Positions 27,836 through 37,572 of a DNA stretch of 64,000 nucleotides are shown in pieces. Below the pieces are notes generated by a model. That model searched no databases. It was not told the origin of the DNA and worked only from the letters and a program-made list of their open reading frames with translations. Location: assembly GCA_017963105.1 (NCBI GenBank), contig JAGCTY010000175.1, positions 51 through 64,050 of the forward strand. Reading direction: 5' to 3'. This stretch comes from Lentisphaeria bacterium (GTDB lineage: Bacteria; Verrucomicrobiota; Lentisphaeria; Victivallales; UBA1829). The translations under genes and the position numbers were made by a program. Position 1 is the stretch's first letter. Every line of letters starts with the position of its first letter.

Positions 27836-30691
27836 ATGATACCGCATAAAAAGACACTGATGACGCGAATGCTGAAGCGTGCCGCCCGCGCCCGCCGCGA
27901 ACACGGCATCGCCCTCCTTTTCACGCTCTGCATCCTCTCCATGGCGCTGATCACCGCCATGATCTTCTCCTCGAGCGCCTCGACGGCGCGCAAAGTGGCC
28001 AACGCCTACGTCGACACCTCCGCGGCGAGAATCCTCGCCGACGGCGTCGTCAACCGTGCCGTCCTGGCCCTGATGCAGTCCGAAAACGCCTCCTACGTCT
28101 GCTCGCACTACAATACGAGCAAGCCGAAGAACACCAACTCGAGCGAGTATTCCTCCGACTGGATCTGGAAACTGGAGAAGCCCGGCCTCTTCGAATTCAA
28201 CAACGGTCCGCTCCGCTTCCGGAACGCCGCGTACTACGACCTCGCCGATTCCCGCTGCCCCTCCTGGGAATACGTCACCACCAAAAACGGCTACGGCGAT
28301 TCCAGCACGACCGAACGCATCTTCGGCCGCTACGCCTACATCGCCATCGGACAGAACGACCAGCTGAACCCGAACGCCATCGGAAGAAGCGGAACCAAAT
28401 ACTACTCCGATTTCAGCGACGACATCTTCCGCAAGCGCCTCGGCCGCTGGACCTGCGAGCCCCAGTTCATCTTCAAGAGCACCCGCAACCACTGGGATTA
28501 TGACGCGATCATCAATCCGTCGGACATCAGGAACAAGTATTCCGCGCTCTCCGACAACTGGACCGACATCGAACTCTTCGTGAACGACCTCGCGGGCTCG
28601 GGAAGCACGCCCGCCGGCGGTCCCGCCGTCGACAAACAGCTCAAGATGATGGCCGACCAGTATTTCGATCCCTCCGGGCAGATCGAATACAACAAATACC
28701 GTCCCGACGGAGCCGCCATCGGCGACCTTACGAAGCACGATCTCGCCAGTGGCGAATCCTTCCGCTTCCCGCTCATCCGCAACGACTGGAACTCCATCGA
28801 CGTCGGCGCGCTGAAGAGTGCGATCCCGTGGTTCGGCAACGCCAACGCCAGCCAGGTCAACGTGAACCAGACCGTCGCCAACCTCATCAACTACAATGCC
28901 TCGGAATCCCGGCAGGCCCTGAGCGACGCGGACTGGTACGGCGGCGAGCCGACCTACACCGGCAACAAGCGCACGCCGTACATCAACGAGGCCCATGCGG
29001 ACGTCGTGGTCGGCGGCCAGCTCGGATTCCCCATGAAGGAAATGTATCTTGAGGATCCCAGCAATCCCGCGTCCAGGAAATTCCGCCTCTGGTATACCGA
29101 CTGCACCTATTCCCACGAGATCACGCTCAATATCGAGACCGTGAACCTCTACAGCAATCCGCTTTCCGTCCGCAATCCCATTCCGGTCGGCGAGATCAGC
29201 TACGAATACTGCGACCCCAACGGCGACGGCGCCGAATTCTGGGTCCCGCAGACCATCCGGTTCGACGCCGGCAACCCCGTCCTGGGCGCTCCCACCGTCG
29301 TCAATTCGGGCAATTATACAGTCTATACGTATATGCTCGACAACGGCTCGGTCGGCAGTGTGACCACGCCGAAACGCGACGGCTACACCACTCCGGTGGG
29401 CCACGCGGGCGATTTCTACCAGTACATCCGGGTCCGCAACATCAAGCTCAGCCTCGACCGCATCATCCTGCAGGACAACTACGGAAACGCCGACCTCGCC
29501 CTGATGCCGTCCCAGCTTCAAGCCGGACGCACGTTCGTCGAAGAGACGCAGGTCGCCGGAGCCGGCGATTTCGGAAAGCACGTCTATTTCGACACGCAGG
29601 TCAACGACCCGCGGTTCAACCTGGCCCGCAACCAGTGGAGCAATCCGCTGTTCACGGAGGCGGACGACACGAACGCCACGCTCGGCGCATTCAACAGCAC
29701 CGTGAACTACAATAAGAGCGACCCGGCGAATTTCGACCCGGGCGAGGATCCCGAGAACAACAAGATCTCCACGGCGTACATCCGGCACGGCCAGATGGAA
29801 TCCCTGTGGGAGCTCGGCGCGATCCACCGCGGCGCTCCGTGGCAGACGCTCAACCTGAAATGCGCCTCCAAGGACGGCACGCGCATGGAAGCCTACCAGT
29901 ACGGCGACGGCCATCTGCTGGACCAGGTCGCGCTCGCGTCCAGCACCGACGGGACCAAGGACTGGGTCATCGGCATGATCAACCTGAACTGCGTGGCCAC
30001 GTTCGGCGGCGGCAGCGCCCCGTTCGCGTTCAAGTCCCTCTTCACTAGCTTCCCGATCTATCAGACCTACGAGAACATGAACAAGAGCGGCGACAGCGGA
30101 AAGGTTTCCGTCATCAACGGCGATTCCGTCGACTCCGAGAATTCGGACGCGGACGCCTTCGCCAGCGACCTTTCCGAGGCCGTGACCTATGCGATCTCCC
30201 AGGGCAACCTGCCGCGCCGCACCGCCGTCTTCCCGACCTCGTATCCCGCCACCGGCTCCCAGATGGACCGGATCATCAAGCGGAACGTCCCGGACGCCGA
30301 GGCCGAGGAGGTCCTCTGCCGCGTGATCAACCTGCTGAAATGGAACAGGCAGCCGCTCAAGCGCGCCACGATCCTGGTCCTGGCGCAGACCATCAAGGAC
30401 GTCGGCGGCGCTTCGCTGGAGCGCGTCCTTCCCGAGAAGGACGTCGACGTCTGGCGCGACTCCGGGTTCCAGGCTTATGACAACTCGAGCAAGAAGACCA
30501 ACCCCACAAGCGTGACCGTCTCGACGATCCGTTCGACCTATGAAAAACGCACCGTCGATCTCAAACAATACGACAACTTCTATGACCAGATCACGGGCGA
30601 GGCGAAGATCATCGTCCGCCTGGAATGGGACGAGTCGGCAAACGAAAACAAAGGCGCCTGGAAAGTTACGAGGAAAGAATATGCGGAATAA
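27836..30691 (+). CDS. very large GspK-like minor pseudopilin / secreted fibre-tip protein
   Basis: 951 aa. The N-terminal basic stretch plus helix (RREHGIALLFTLCILSMALITAMIFSS) resembles GspK N-termini. The remainder has no recognised domain. Confidence 0.6.
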   Translation: MIPHKKTLMTRMLKRAARARREHGIALLFTLCILSMALITAMIFSSSASTARKVANAYVDTSAARILADGVVNRAVLALMQSENASYVCSHYNTSKPKNTNSSEYSSDWIWKLEKPGLFEFNNGPLRFRNAAYYDLADSRCPSWEYVTTKNGYGDSSTTERIFGRYAYIAIGQNDQLNPNAIGRSGTKYYSDFSDDIFRKRLGRWTCEPQFIFKSTRNHWDYDAIINPSDIRNKYSALSDNWTDIELFVNDLAGSGSTPAGGPAVDKQLKMMADQYFDPSGQIEYNKYRPDGAAIGDLTKHDLASGESFRFPLIRNDWNSIDVGALKSAIPWFGNANASQVNVNQTVANLINYNASESRQALSDADWYGGEPTYTGNKRTPYINEAHADVVVGGQLGFPMKEMYLEDPSNPASRKFRLWYTDCTYSHEITLNIETVNLYSNPLSVRNPIPVGEISYEYCDPNGDGAEFWVPQTIRFDAGNPVLGAPTVVNSGNYTVYTYMLDNGSVGSVTTPKRDGYTTPVGHAGDFYQYIRVRNIKLSLDRIILQDNYGNADLALMPSQLQAGRTFVEETQVAGAGDFGKHVYFDTQVNDPRFNLARNQWSNPLFTEADDTNATLGAFNSTVNYNKSDPANFDPGEDPENNKISTAYIRHGQMESLWELGAIHRGAPWQTLNLKCASKDGTRMEAYQYGDGHLLDQVALASSTDGTKDWVIGMINLNCVATFGGGSAPFAFKSLFTSFPIYQTYENMNKSGDSGKVSVINGDSVDSENSDADAFASDLSEAVTYAISQGNLPRRTAVFPTSYPATGSQMDRIIKRNVPDAEAEEVLCRVINLLKWNRQPLKRATILVLAQTIKDVGGASLERVLPEKDVDVWRDSGFQAYDNSSKKTNPTSVTVSTIRSTYEKRTVDLKQYDNFYDQITGEAKIIVRLEWDESANENKGAWKVTRKEYAE

Positions 30692-31379
30692 TCACTTTTT
30701 CAAAACACAGATCCTGCTGGCCGCCCTCGCGGCCGCTGTGATCGCGCCGTTCTGCTCGTTCGCGCAGCAGAAGCCCGCCGCCCGGACCGCAGCGTCCATC
30801 AAGGACAGCGACATCTATGTCCCGGACAAGGTCCTGGAACCCCCTTACACCAAAAAGGAGGCGTCCGACCTGTTGAAGGAATACATCGCGGCGTTCGGCG
30901 ACTCCGACATGCCGAATTCCTACGAGGTGTTCGCGAAGAACCCGGACAAGTACAAGCGCATCGGGACGCGCCAGCTGAAGTCCGCCATGGCCAACCTCTA
31001 CGGCTATGTGAAGGATTCGGACATCCAGGAGGTGACCGAGGCCAGCGACACATGGTTCAAGAACCTCTACAACAAGGCCCTGGAGCTGAACGAGCCGGCG
31101 AAGATGATGGACAACGCCATCCGTCTGAAGAACGCCACGATGTACACCCAGGCCACGAAAGCCTACGCCGAAAAGTACGACGAGCTGAAGGCTTTCGTCA
31201 GGAAGTCCCCGGACCGCCTCAGCGCCGAACAGCTCAAGAAGATCACCGAGGCCAACAAGGCCAGACGCAAAGCCGAATACATCGCCCTGCGCAAGAAACA
31301 GATCCTGGAGCAGGAGGAGGCCGCGAGAAAGGCCCTCGAGGAAGAAACGAAGAAAGCGGCCGCTTCCAAAAAGAAATAA
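30681..31379 (+). CDS. secreted Lys/Glu-rich coiled-coil protein (hypothetical)
   Basis: Start taken at ATG 30681 (MRNNHFFKTQILLAALAAAVIAPFCSFAQQ, a signal peptide), with AGGAAAG upstream. The C-terminus is KKAEYIALRKKQILEQEEAARKALEEETKKAAASKKK. It overlaps the preceding gene by 11 nt. Confidence 0.65.
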   Translation: MRNNHFFKTQILLAALAAAVIAPFCSFAQQKPAARTAASIKDSDIYVPDKVLEPPYTKKEASDLLKEYIAAFGDSDMPNSYEVFAKNPDKYKRIGTRQLKSAMANLYGYVKDSDIQEVTEASDTWFKNLYNKALELNEPAKMMDNAIRLKNATMYTQATKAYAEKYDELKAFVRKSPDRLSAEQLKKITEANKARRKAEYIALRKKQILEQEEAARKALEEETKKAAASKKK

Positions 31380-31403
31380 CCCTATCCCACCGGGAGGCAC
31401 GAC

Positions 31404-32045
31404 ATGAGACAGAAAACAGCCAGGCCATTCACGCTTGTCGAACTGATCGCGGTCATGGGAGTGATGATCCTCCTCGCCGCGGTCGCGATTCCCGCCTACA
31501 GTTCGCTTTTCGCCGGACGCAAGACCACGCTCGCCGCGAACCAGCTGAACGGCGCGGTCATGGAGGCCCGCGCGCACGCCGTGTCCGCCAAGGTCTTTAC
31601 CGCGCTTGTCTTCGTGAAGGACGGAAACGGATACAAGAGTTTCCGCATGGCGGAAGTCTATCATAACACCGAGGACCCGGACAACACCACGTACGCCTGG
31701 CGGCGCTGGGTTCCCGGCACCGCGTTCGTGCTCCTGCCCGAAAACACCATGATCCCCGCCACGAACAACGACCTCGGGATGACCGCAGACGGCACGACGG
31801 GCAGCTCCGGTTCGTCCGCCGCCCCGAGGGTCTCCAACCTGACCAACAGCGGCCTGACCAGCGGCACGGCCCCGGCCGTCATCTTCAAGCCGAACGGGCA
31901 GCTGGCCGGGACGGGCAACAAAAACATGGTGGTGCGGTTCGTGGAGGCAAACCGGTACGACGCGAACAAGACCAAGACGCCGAAGCTCCCGCTGAACATC
32001 AACTGGCTGACCTGCAAGACCAAATTCCTCGATCCCGTGCAGTAA
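31404..32045 (+). CDS. pseudopilin (GspH/FimT-like), prepilin-type N-terminal domain
   Basis: N-terminus MRQKTARPFTLVELIAVMGVMILLAAVAIPAY. Confidence 0.8.
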   Translation: MRQKTARPFTLVELIAVMGVMILLAAVAIPAYSSLFAGRKTTLAANQLNGAVMEARAHAVSAKVFTALVFVKDGNGYKSFRMAEVYHNTEDPDNTTYAWRRWVPGTAFVLLPENTMIPATNNDLGMTADGTTGSSGSSAAPRVSNLTNSGLTSGTAPAVIFKPNGQLAGTGNKNMVVRFVEANRYDANKTKTPKLPLNINWLTCKTKFLDPVQ

Positions 32046-32072
32046 GTCCCCATCTCAGGAGAATAGTTCCAT

Positions 32073-34370
32073 ATGCGTTTCCAATGTTCATCCTGCGGCA
32101 GAATCGTGGCCGTCGACGACATCGACGCCGGCATCATGGTGCAGTGCGGCCACTGCGGCAGCGTGGTGCAGGTGCCCCCGACGCGTCTTTCCCGCGGCTC
32201 CGTGATCGCCGACTTCATCATACGGCGCGCCATCGGCCAGGGCGGCATGGGCACGGTGTATCTGTCCCACCAGATCACGCTCGACCGGCCCGCCGCGCTG
32301 AAGATCCTCGCCGAATCCTACGCGAACAACGCCGAATTCGTGGCGCTCTTCATCAAGGAGGCGCGCGCCGCCGCCAAGCTGAACCATCCGCACATCGTCC
32401 AGGCGTACGCCGTGGGCGAGGACGACGGGCTGCTGTATTTCGCCATGGAGAACATCGACGGCGAGACCATGAAGGACGTGCTGGAACGCGAGGGCGTGAT
32501 CCCCGTCGACCAGGCGCTGAACATCATCCAGCAGATCGCCGAAGCCCTGAATTACGCCTGGATCGAGCAGAAACTCATCCACTGCGACATCAAGCCCGAC
32601 AAAATCAAGCACACCTCCACCGCACCCGCCAAGCTGGCCGCCCTCGGTCTAGCCCGCGTCACCGGCGACATCAGCGACTCCGACGACGACGAGGTCATGG
32701 GAACGCCGCAGTACATCAGCCCCGAGGCCCTCACAGGAGCCCCGATGGACGCGCGCAGCGACATCTACAGCCTCGGCGCCACCTTCTACCAGTTCGTGAC
32801 CGGCCGCCTCGCGTTCGACGGCGCCACCGCCGCCGAGATCGCGAAGAAGCACCTCACCGAGCCGCTGATCCCGCCTCGCTCCGTGAACAAGGACATCCCT
32901 GAAAGCGTCTCCCGCATCATCATGAAGATGATGGCGAAAAACCCGTCCATGCGCTACCAGGACGCCTCCGAGCTCATCGACGACCTCCGCAACGCACGCC
33001 GCGGCAAGCTCGCGGGGCCTTCCACCGATTCCGAGGTCCTGGTCGGCGGCTCGAAAAACGCACCGCGCGTCGCGCGTCCGGCCGGCGGCGGGACCGTCCT
33101 CGACGGATCCGGCGACCGCCAGAACGACCGCGCCCGCAACATCTACAACCTGAAGAAACGCCAGCAGGACGAAGCGCGCAAGACGCAGAACATGATCCTG
33201 ATCGCCGCCATCGTGCTGGTCATTTCGCTGATTGCCGCGGGCATCCTGTTCTATTTCAACAATGCCAAGGCCCGCGAGGAACGCGCCCGCAGGGAAGCCG
33301 CCGAAGCCGTCGAACGCGAACTTCAGCGCGATACCGCGATGACGCTCGCCGTCGACGAGATCGTCGCGTTCTCCCGCACGAATCCCTCGGACAAACGCGG
33401 TCTGCTGGACAAGTGCGAATTCTTCATCTCCAAGAATTACCAGCCCGGGAAACCCAAGGAGGAACAGGCGCTGATGACGTTCCGCGCGGTCTTCCAGGAG
33501 GTCGACGAAAGCATGATGGCCTCCGCGCGCGATCTGGAGGCCCGCAAACTCCGCAAGCTCATCGCCCAGCGCAAGGACGACGCCGAGGCCGCCGCCGCGC
33601 CGCGCCAGCGCGCCGAACAGGCCGCCGCGGACAGACGCCGGGCCGAGGAGTACGCGCAGCAGGCCGACCAGCTCCGCAGGGAACAGAGCGCCCGCACGGC
33701 CATGGAGCTCGCCGAGCGTCTCGCCCGCGAAAAGGAATATTTCGCCGGACGCATGATCGATCAGACCCGTCATGAGCATCTGGACCGGGCGGAAAAGGAT
33801 TACGCCGACTGGTTCCAGACCCTCGACCGCAACGCGCAGGATTCCGACGAGGCCGTCGCCGAGGTCGCGCGTCCGTACCGCGACTGGGCCAGGACCGTGC
33901 TCGACAACATCGCCGGCGCGAAGGCCATCCGCGAGAACACCTACAACGGCAACACCATCCTCGCCGAGACCCAGATCGGCTACGGTCCGTCCGGCATCTG
34001 CCTCGTGAAATCCATCAACAACGGCATCGTGAAGGCCGCCATGGTCGACGGCAAACTGTTCCAGTTCGATTTCGATGACCTGCCCCTGAAACAGCGCCTC
34101 GTCCTCCTCAAAAAAGGCGCCGGCGAAGCCGGACATTCCGATGCGCTGTATTTCTATCTGCTTCTCTACGGTGATTTCGCCGGGGCGAAGACGATCGCCG
34201 CGGACGACGACAACGCCAAGGCGGTTACCGCCTACGTCATCGACAGCTATTTCAAACATGCGATCGAGAACGCCGACGAGAAATCGCTGGAGGACCTCAA
34301 AGAGAAATACGGCACCATGCGCGAATTCCGCAACGCGCTGTCCGCCTGGACCAAGCAAAACAATCCCTGA
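32073..34370 (+). CDS. zinc-ribbon / Ser-Thr protein-kinase-fold / single-TM / coiled-coil protein; predicted pseudokinase or atypical kinase
   Basis: 765 aa with CxxC...CxxC at residues 5-30. The kinase subdomains are recognisable (GQGGMGTVY, AALKIL, GTPQYISPE, DIYSLG). The catalytic loop reads HCDIKPDK and the DFG position reads ALG. A TM helix (ILIAAIVLVISLIAAGILFYF) follows. Confidence 0.85.
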   Translation: MRFQCSSCGRIVAVDDIDAGIMVQCGHCGSVVQVPPTRLSRGSVIADFIIRRAIGQGGMGTVYLSHQITLDRPAALKILAESYANNAEFVALFIKEARAAAKLNHPHIVQAYAVGEDDGLLYFAMENIDGETMKDVLEREGVIPVDQALNIIQQIAEALNYAWIEQKLIHCDIKPDKIKHTSTAPAKLAALGLARVTGDISDSDDDEVMGTPQYISPEALTGAPMDARSDIYSLGATFYQFVTGRLAFDGATAAEIAKKHLTEPLIPPRSVNKDIPESVSRIIMKMMAKNPSMRYQDASELIDDLRNARRGKLAGPSTDSEVLVGGSKNAPRVARPAGGGTVLDGSGDRQNDRARNIYNLKKRQQDEARKTQNMILIAAIVLVISLIAAGILFYFNNAKAREERARREAAEAVERELQRDTAMTLAVDEIVAFSRTNPSDKRGLLDKCEFFISKNYQPGKPKEEQALMTFRAVFQEVDESMMASARDLEARKLRKLIAQRKDDAEAAAAPRQRAEQAAADRRRAEEYAQQADQLRREQSARTAMELAERLAREKEYFAGRMIDQTRHEHLDRAEKDYADWFQTLDRNAQDSDEAVAEVARPYRDWARTVLDNIAGAKAIRENTYNGNTILAETQIGYGPSGICLVKSINNGIVKAAMVDGKLFQFDFDDLPLKQRLVLLKKGAGEAGHSDALYFYLLLYGDFAGAKTIAADDDNAKAVTAYVIDSYFKHAIENADEKSLEDLKEKYGTMREFRNALSAWTKQNNP

Positions 34371-34391
34371 AAACGAACAGGGGGCAACGAC

Positions 34392-34760
34392 ATGAAGATC
34401 ACTGAAGACATCGTCAAAGCTCTGCACGCATGCATCGCGGACGGCTATGATTCCGTCGCCGATTTCGCGAGCCGCGTCAACGTCAGTGCGAACACCCTTT
34501 CCAAATACATGCGCCGCGAGACCGAGGTCATGCAGAAGGATACCTGGCTGAAGCTCCAGCCGCTCCTCACCGCCTATCTGCCGAAGGACGGAGACAAAGT
34601 CAAGTACGAGATCGAAATGACCGCCGACCAGAAGATCCTGCTGGACGCGTTCGACAGCCTCCCTCCGGACGTCCAGAGCCAGAAGCTCATGGAGATCATC
34701 CAGCTTGCCAAACGGCATCTGGCCGCCGTCGAAGCCGAGAAAAACGGCGCCGGCGCCTGA
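34392..34760 (+). CDS. small HTH-domain protein (XRE-like), hypothetical
   Basis: 122 aa with a helix-turn-helix candidate (VADFASRVNVSANTLSKYMRRE). Confidence 0.55.
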   Translation: MKITEDIVKALHACIADGYDSVADFASRVNVSANTLSKYMRRETEVMQKDTWLKLQPLLTAYLPKDGDKVKYEIEMTADQKILLDAFDSLPPDVQSQKLMEIIQLAKRHLAAVEAEKNGAGA

Positions 34761-34775
34761 TCCCGGCGCGCTTCG

Positions 34776-35567
34776 ATGGATTCCGATCCCAACCTCACGA
34801 AGTTCCTGGCGAATTCCGGAGCCGCTTCCAGACGCCGTTCCGCCGAGCTCATCAAGACCGGACATATCTCCGTCAACGGCGAAGTCTGCACCGCCCCCTC
34901 CGTCCGCATTGGCCCGGACGATCGCGTGGAGCTGGACGGCAGGCTGATCGAACCCGTCGAATCATATGTCTATGTCATGCTGCATAAGCCGCGCGGCTAT
35001 GTTTGCACCTCCGACGACCCGCACGCCCCGAAAAAGGCGCTGGACCTGATCCGTATCCCCGGCGTCCGCCTCGTTTCCGCCGGCCGCCTCGACAAGAACA
35101 GCGAGGGGCTGATTCTCTTCTCCAACGACGGCGCCTGGATCGAAAAGCTCACGCACCCGCGCCACGGCACGCGCAAGACCTACCAGGTGACCACCGACCG
35201 GCCGCTCACCCCCGCCGACATCCGGCTCCTGACCACCACGGGCGTACAGAACGACGGCGAAACGCTCCGCGCGCTCGCCATCCGCGCCGAAGCGCCCGGC
35301 CGCTACATCTTTATCCTCGGCGAGGGCAAAAACCGCGAAATCCGCCGGATGCTCGAATCCCTGGACAACCGCACGCGCAGGCTCAAACGCATCGCCGTCG
35401 GCGGCCTCCGTCTCGGCGGCCTCCCGATGGGCCAGTGGCGCAAACTCACCCCGGCGGAGGCGTTGCTCGCGCTTTCCGCCCCGGCATCCGGGTCCGCCCG
35501 TCACCCGCTCCGGAAAGGGCAGCCGGACGACGGACGCCGCGCTCATCGCGGAGGCGATGAAACGTAA
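34776..35567 (+). CDS. pseudouridine synthase, RsuA/RluB family
   Basis: 263 aa with an S4 domain (LTKFLANSGAASRRRSAELIKTGHISVNG) and the catalytic block VSAGRLDKNSEGLILFSNDG. Confidence 0.88.
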   Translation: MDSDPNLTKFLANSGAASRRRSAELIKTGHISVNGEVCTAPSVRIGPDDRVELDGRLIEPVESYVYVMLHKPRGYVCTSDDPHAPKKALDLIRIPGVRLVSAGRLDKNSEGLILFSNDGAWIEKLTHPRHGTRKTYQVTTDRPLTPADIRLLTTTGVQNDGETLRALAIRAEAPGRYIFILGEGKNREIRRMLESLDNRTRRLKRIAVGGLRLGGLPMGQWRKLTPAEALLALSAPASGSARHPLRKGQPDDGRRAHRGGDET

Positions 35568-35655
35568 GACGTTTCCGCCCGGCCGCGACCGCTTCGCCGA
35601 AGATGGTCAGCCTTCGCTTTTTCATGGGTTTTTCCGCCTTTTTTCCCGAACGGGC

Positions 35656-35684
35656 TTGCTTTTCCCTAGAAAAGACTGTATTTT
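35656..35684 (+). promoter_or_regulatory. sigma-70-type promoter upstream of lemA (TTGCTT-N17-TATTTT)
   Basis: ttgctt at 35656-35661 and tatttt at 35679-35684, with a spacer containing tttccctagaaaag. Confidence 0.4.
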
Positions 35685-35808
35685 ATATGAACCGCATCCT
35701 CCACGGGAGCGGTTTCGTCCCCGGAACCTCGCCTTTCGCGCGGACGGACCGTGCGGAAGCCATTCTATTTATACAAACTGTTTTTTGACTCAGGAAAGGA
35801 CAAATATC

Positions 35809-36381
35809 ATGAAACAAGCCACGGGAATCATCATCGTTCTGGTTGTCATCGTTCTTCTCCTCGGTGGCTGGCTGGGTGTTACGTGCAACAGTCTGATCGC
35901 AAAGGATGAAGAAGCGAGCAAAGCCTGGGCGGACACCGATGCGCAGCTTCAGCGCCGCAACGACCTGATCCCGAACCTGGTTTCCACGGTGAAGGGCTAC
36001 GCAGCACACGAGGAAGACGTTTTCTCCGGCATCGCGGAAGCCCGGAGCAAGCTTGCCGGAGCCCAGACCCCGAATGAGAAAGCCGAAGCGGACGCGGTCC
36101 TTTCGTCCGGTCTCTCCCGCCTGCTCGCCATCGCCGAGAATTATCCCGAACTGAAGGCGAACGAGAACTTCATCCGTTTGCAGGATGAACTTGCCGGAAC
36201 CGAGAACCGCATTACCGTCGCCCGCACGAGATACAACGACGCCGTCAAGCGTTACAACACGAGCATCCGCCAGATTCCCGGCTCCTTCCTCGCCGGCAGC
36301 CTCGGCCTGACTGCCCGCGAATACTTCGAGCCTCCGAAGGGGCACGACGCGGTGGCCGATGCGCCGAAAGTCGAATTCTGA
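35809..36381 (+). CDS. lemA: LemA-family membrane protein
   Basis: Start at ATG 35809 (MKQATGIIIVLVVIVLLLGGW, a TM helix). Blocks: AWADTDAQLQRRNDLIPNLV...ENYPELKANENFIRLQDEL...VARTRYNDAV. The upstream part of the track ORF was rejected. Confidence 0.88.
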   Translation: MKQATGIIIVLVVIVLLLGGWLGVTCNSLIAKDEEASKAWADTDAQLQRRNDLIPNLVSTVKGYAAHEEDVFSGIAEARSKLAGAQTPNEKAEADAVLSSGLSRLLAIAENYPELKANENFIRLQDELAGTENRITVARTRYNDAVKRYNTSIRQIPGSFLAGSLGLTAREYFEPPKGHDAVADAPKVEF

Positions 36382-36479
36382 TCCGAGTTCATTTCTCCCG
36401 GACGGACATTCCCTTGTCCGCCCGGGTTTTTCTTCAACAGGCAGGAAGAAGCGGGCGGCCGCCCGGCGCAGGACCAGGA

Positions 36480-37400
36480 ATGAAAAAAAGCCACGGCAGA
36501 CGATTCGGTTTCTGGGAATCGGTGTTTCCGAACCAGCTGGGGAACCTGTGCTTTTTCATCTTTCTCATTAGCCTTCTGCTGTTTTTCCTGGGCAGCATGG
36601 GGCTGAACGTCTTCGATCCGGACTGCTTCAAATCCACCGATGCGCGCATCCCGGAACTCGGCACGCGCCGCGTGGTCGACGACATCGGCGTCCTGACGCA
36701 AAACGAGGTCGACGCGCTTACCGCGCGGATCGACGAATACGAGGCCGCATCCCACGGCCAGATGGCCGTCCTCCTGATCCGGTCTCTTCACGGCGACGCG
36801 ATCGAGGAGTTTTCGCTCGCCGTGGCCGAAAAATGGAAGATCGGCCGGCGGGGCGAAGACAACGGCGTCCTGCTGCTCCTGGCCATGGAAGACCGGGAAA
36901 GCCGCCTCGAAATCGGCTACGGGCTGGAAGGCGTCATCAACGACGCCCGGGCCGGCGACATCCTTCGCGACATAATTCCGTTCATGCGGAACGAACAATA
37001 CGCCCGGGCGATTTCCTTCGTGGTCGACAGCGTTTCGGCGCTCGTCCTGCACGAGAACGGGCCGGAAGCGCCCGGGGAAACACTGGACGACGAAGACATC
37101 GGGGAAGAACCCCGTGCCGATCTTCCGAAAGGGCCGGACGAAATCATGGCCATGTTCGTGCTTATCTGTATCCTGATTGAGATATTCGGGACGGTTTTCG
37201 CGCGCATCATGATCCATCCCGATGTCAAAAAATCCGTCGGCCTTGTCGTCATGATCTGCATCGGCAGGCTGATCCTGGAGTCCCTGATCGCGGCCCTCAA
37301 GGGCGGCGGCAGCGGCGGCGGAAGCGGGGGAGGCGGCAGCAGCCGGAGCGGCGGGGGCGGCGGCGGATTCGGCGGTGGCGGCGCATCCGGCAGATGGTAG
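36480..37400 (+). CDS. TPM-domain (YgcG-like) membrane protein with a Gly-rich tail
   Basis: Start taken at ATG 36480. TPM block: VVDDIGVLTQNEVDALTARIDEYEAASHGQMAVLLI...NGVLLLLAMEDRESRLEIGYGLEG. C-terminus: GGGSGGGSGGGGSSRSGGGGGGFGGGGASGRW. The LemA-TPM pairing is a common gene pair. Confidence 0.8.
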   Translation: MKKSHGRRFGFWESVFPNQLGNLCFFIFLISLLLFFLGSMGLNVFDPDCFKSTDARIPELGTRRVVDDIGVLTQNEVDALTARIDEYEAASHGQMAVLLIRSLHGDAIEEFSLAVAEKWKIGRRGEDNGVLLLLAMEDRESRLEIGYGLEGVINDARAGDILRDIIPFMRNEQYARAISFVVDSVSALVLHENGPEAPGETLDDEDIGEEPRADLPKGPDEIMAMFVLICILIEIFGTVFARIMIHPDVKKSVGLVVMICIGRLILESLIAALKGGGSGGGSGGGGSSRSGGGGGGFGGGGASGRW

Positions 37401-37544
37401 AAGTCAATAGTCATTTTTCAACGGCTGTTGGCGCTTAAAAAACAACAACATAGAAACGATGTTATCGAATAGAACAGAATGACTTGAAAGAAAGGAACAA
37501 AAGCGGTAAGAATCTAATTGTTTCGACTTTTTTCGGAAAAACAC

Positions 37545-37572
37545 TGGATTTTCGGAAAAAACGTGCTATGTT
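37545..37572 (+). promoter_or_regulatory. sigma-70-type promoter (TGGATT-N16-TATGTT) with a leader of about 250 nt
   Basis: tggatt at 37545-37550 and tatgtt at 37567-37572, with spacer ttcggaaaaaacgtgc. A second ttttcggaaaaa copy lies 20 nt upstream. Confidence 0.4.

Noticed and set aside
26192-30568. 1458-aa ORF on the minus strand, the largest in the track
   Set aside because: It runs antisense to four pseudopilin genes that have clear N-terminal signatures and SD sequences. Its translation is low-complexity (G/R/A/D/V/H-rich) with no motif. Long stop-free antisense frames are expected in G+C-rich coding DNA.
32649-34865. 738-aa minus-strand ORF, and similar antisense ORFs at 2638-4386, 1364-2725, 23066-24709, 6730-8019, 10408-11913, 20150-21454 and 21396-22445
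   Set aside because: Each overlaps a sense gene with recognisable family motifs (the kinase, the membrane protein, rpoN, dnaA, GT4, nagB/aroQ, methyltransferases, nagA). The antisense translations are Arg/Gly/Asp/His-rich without domains.
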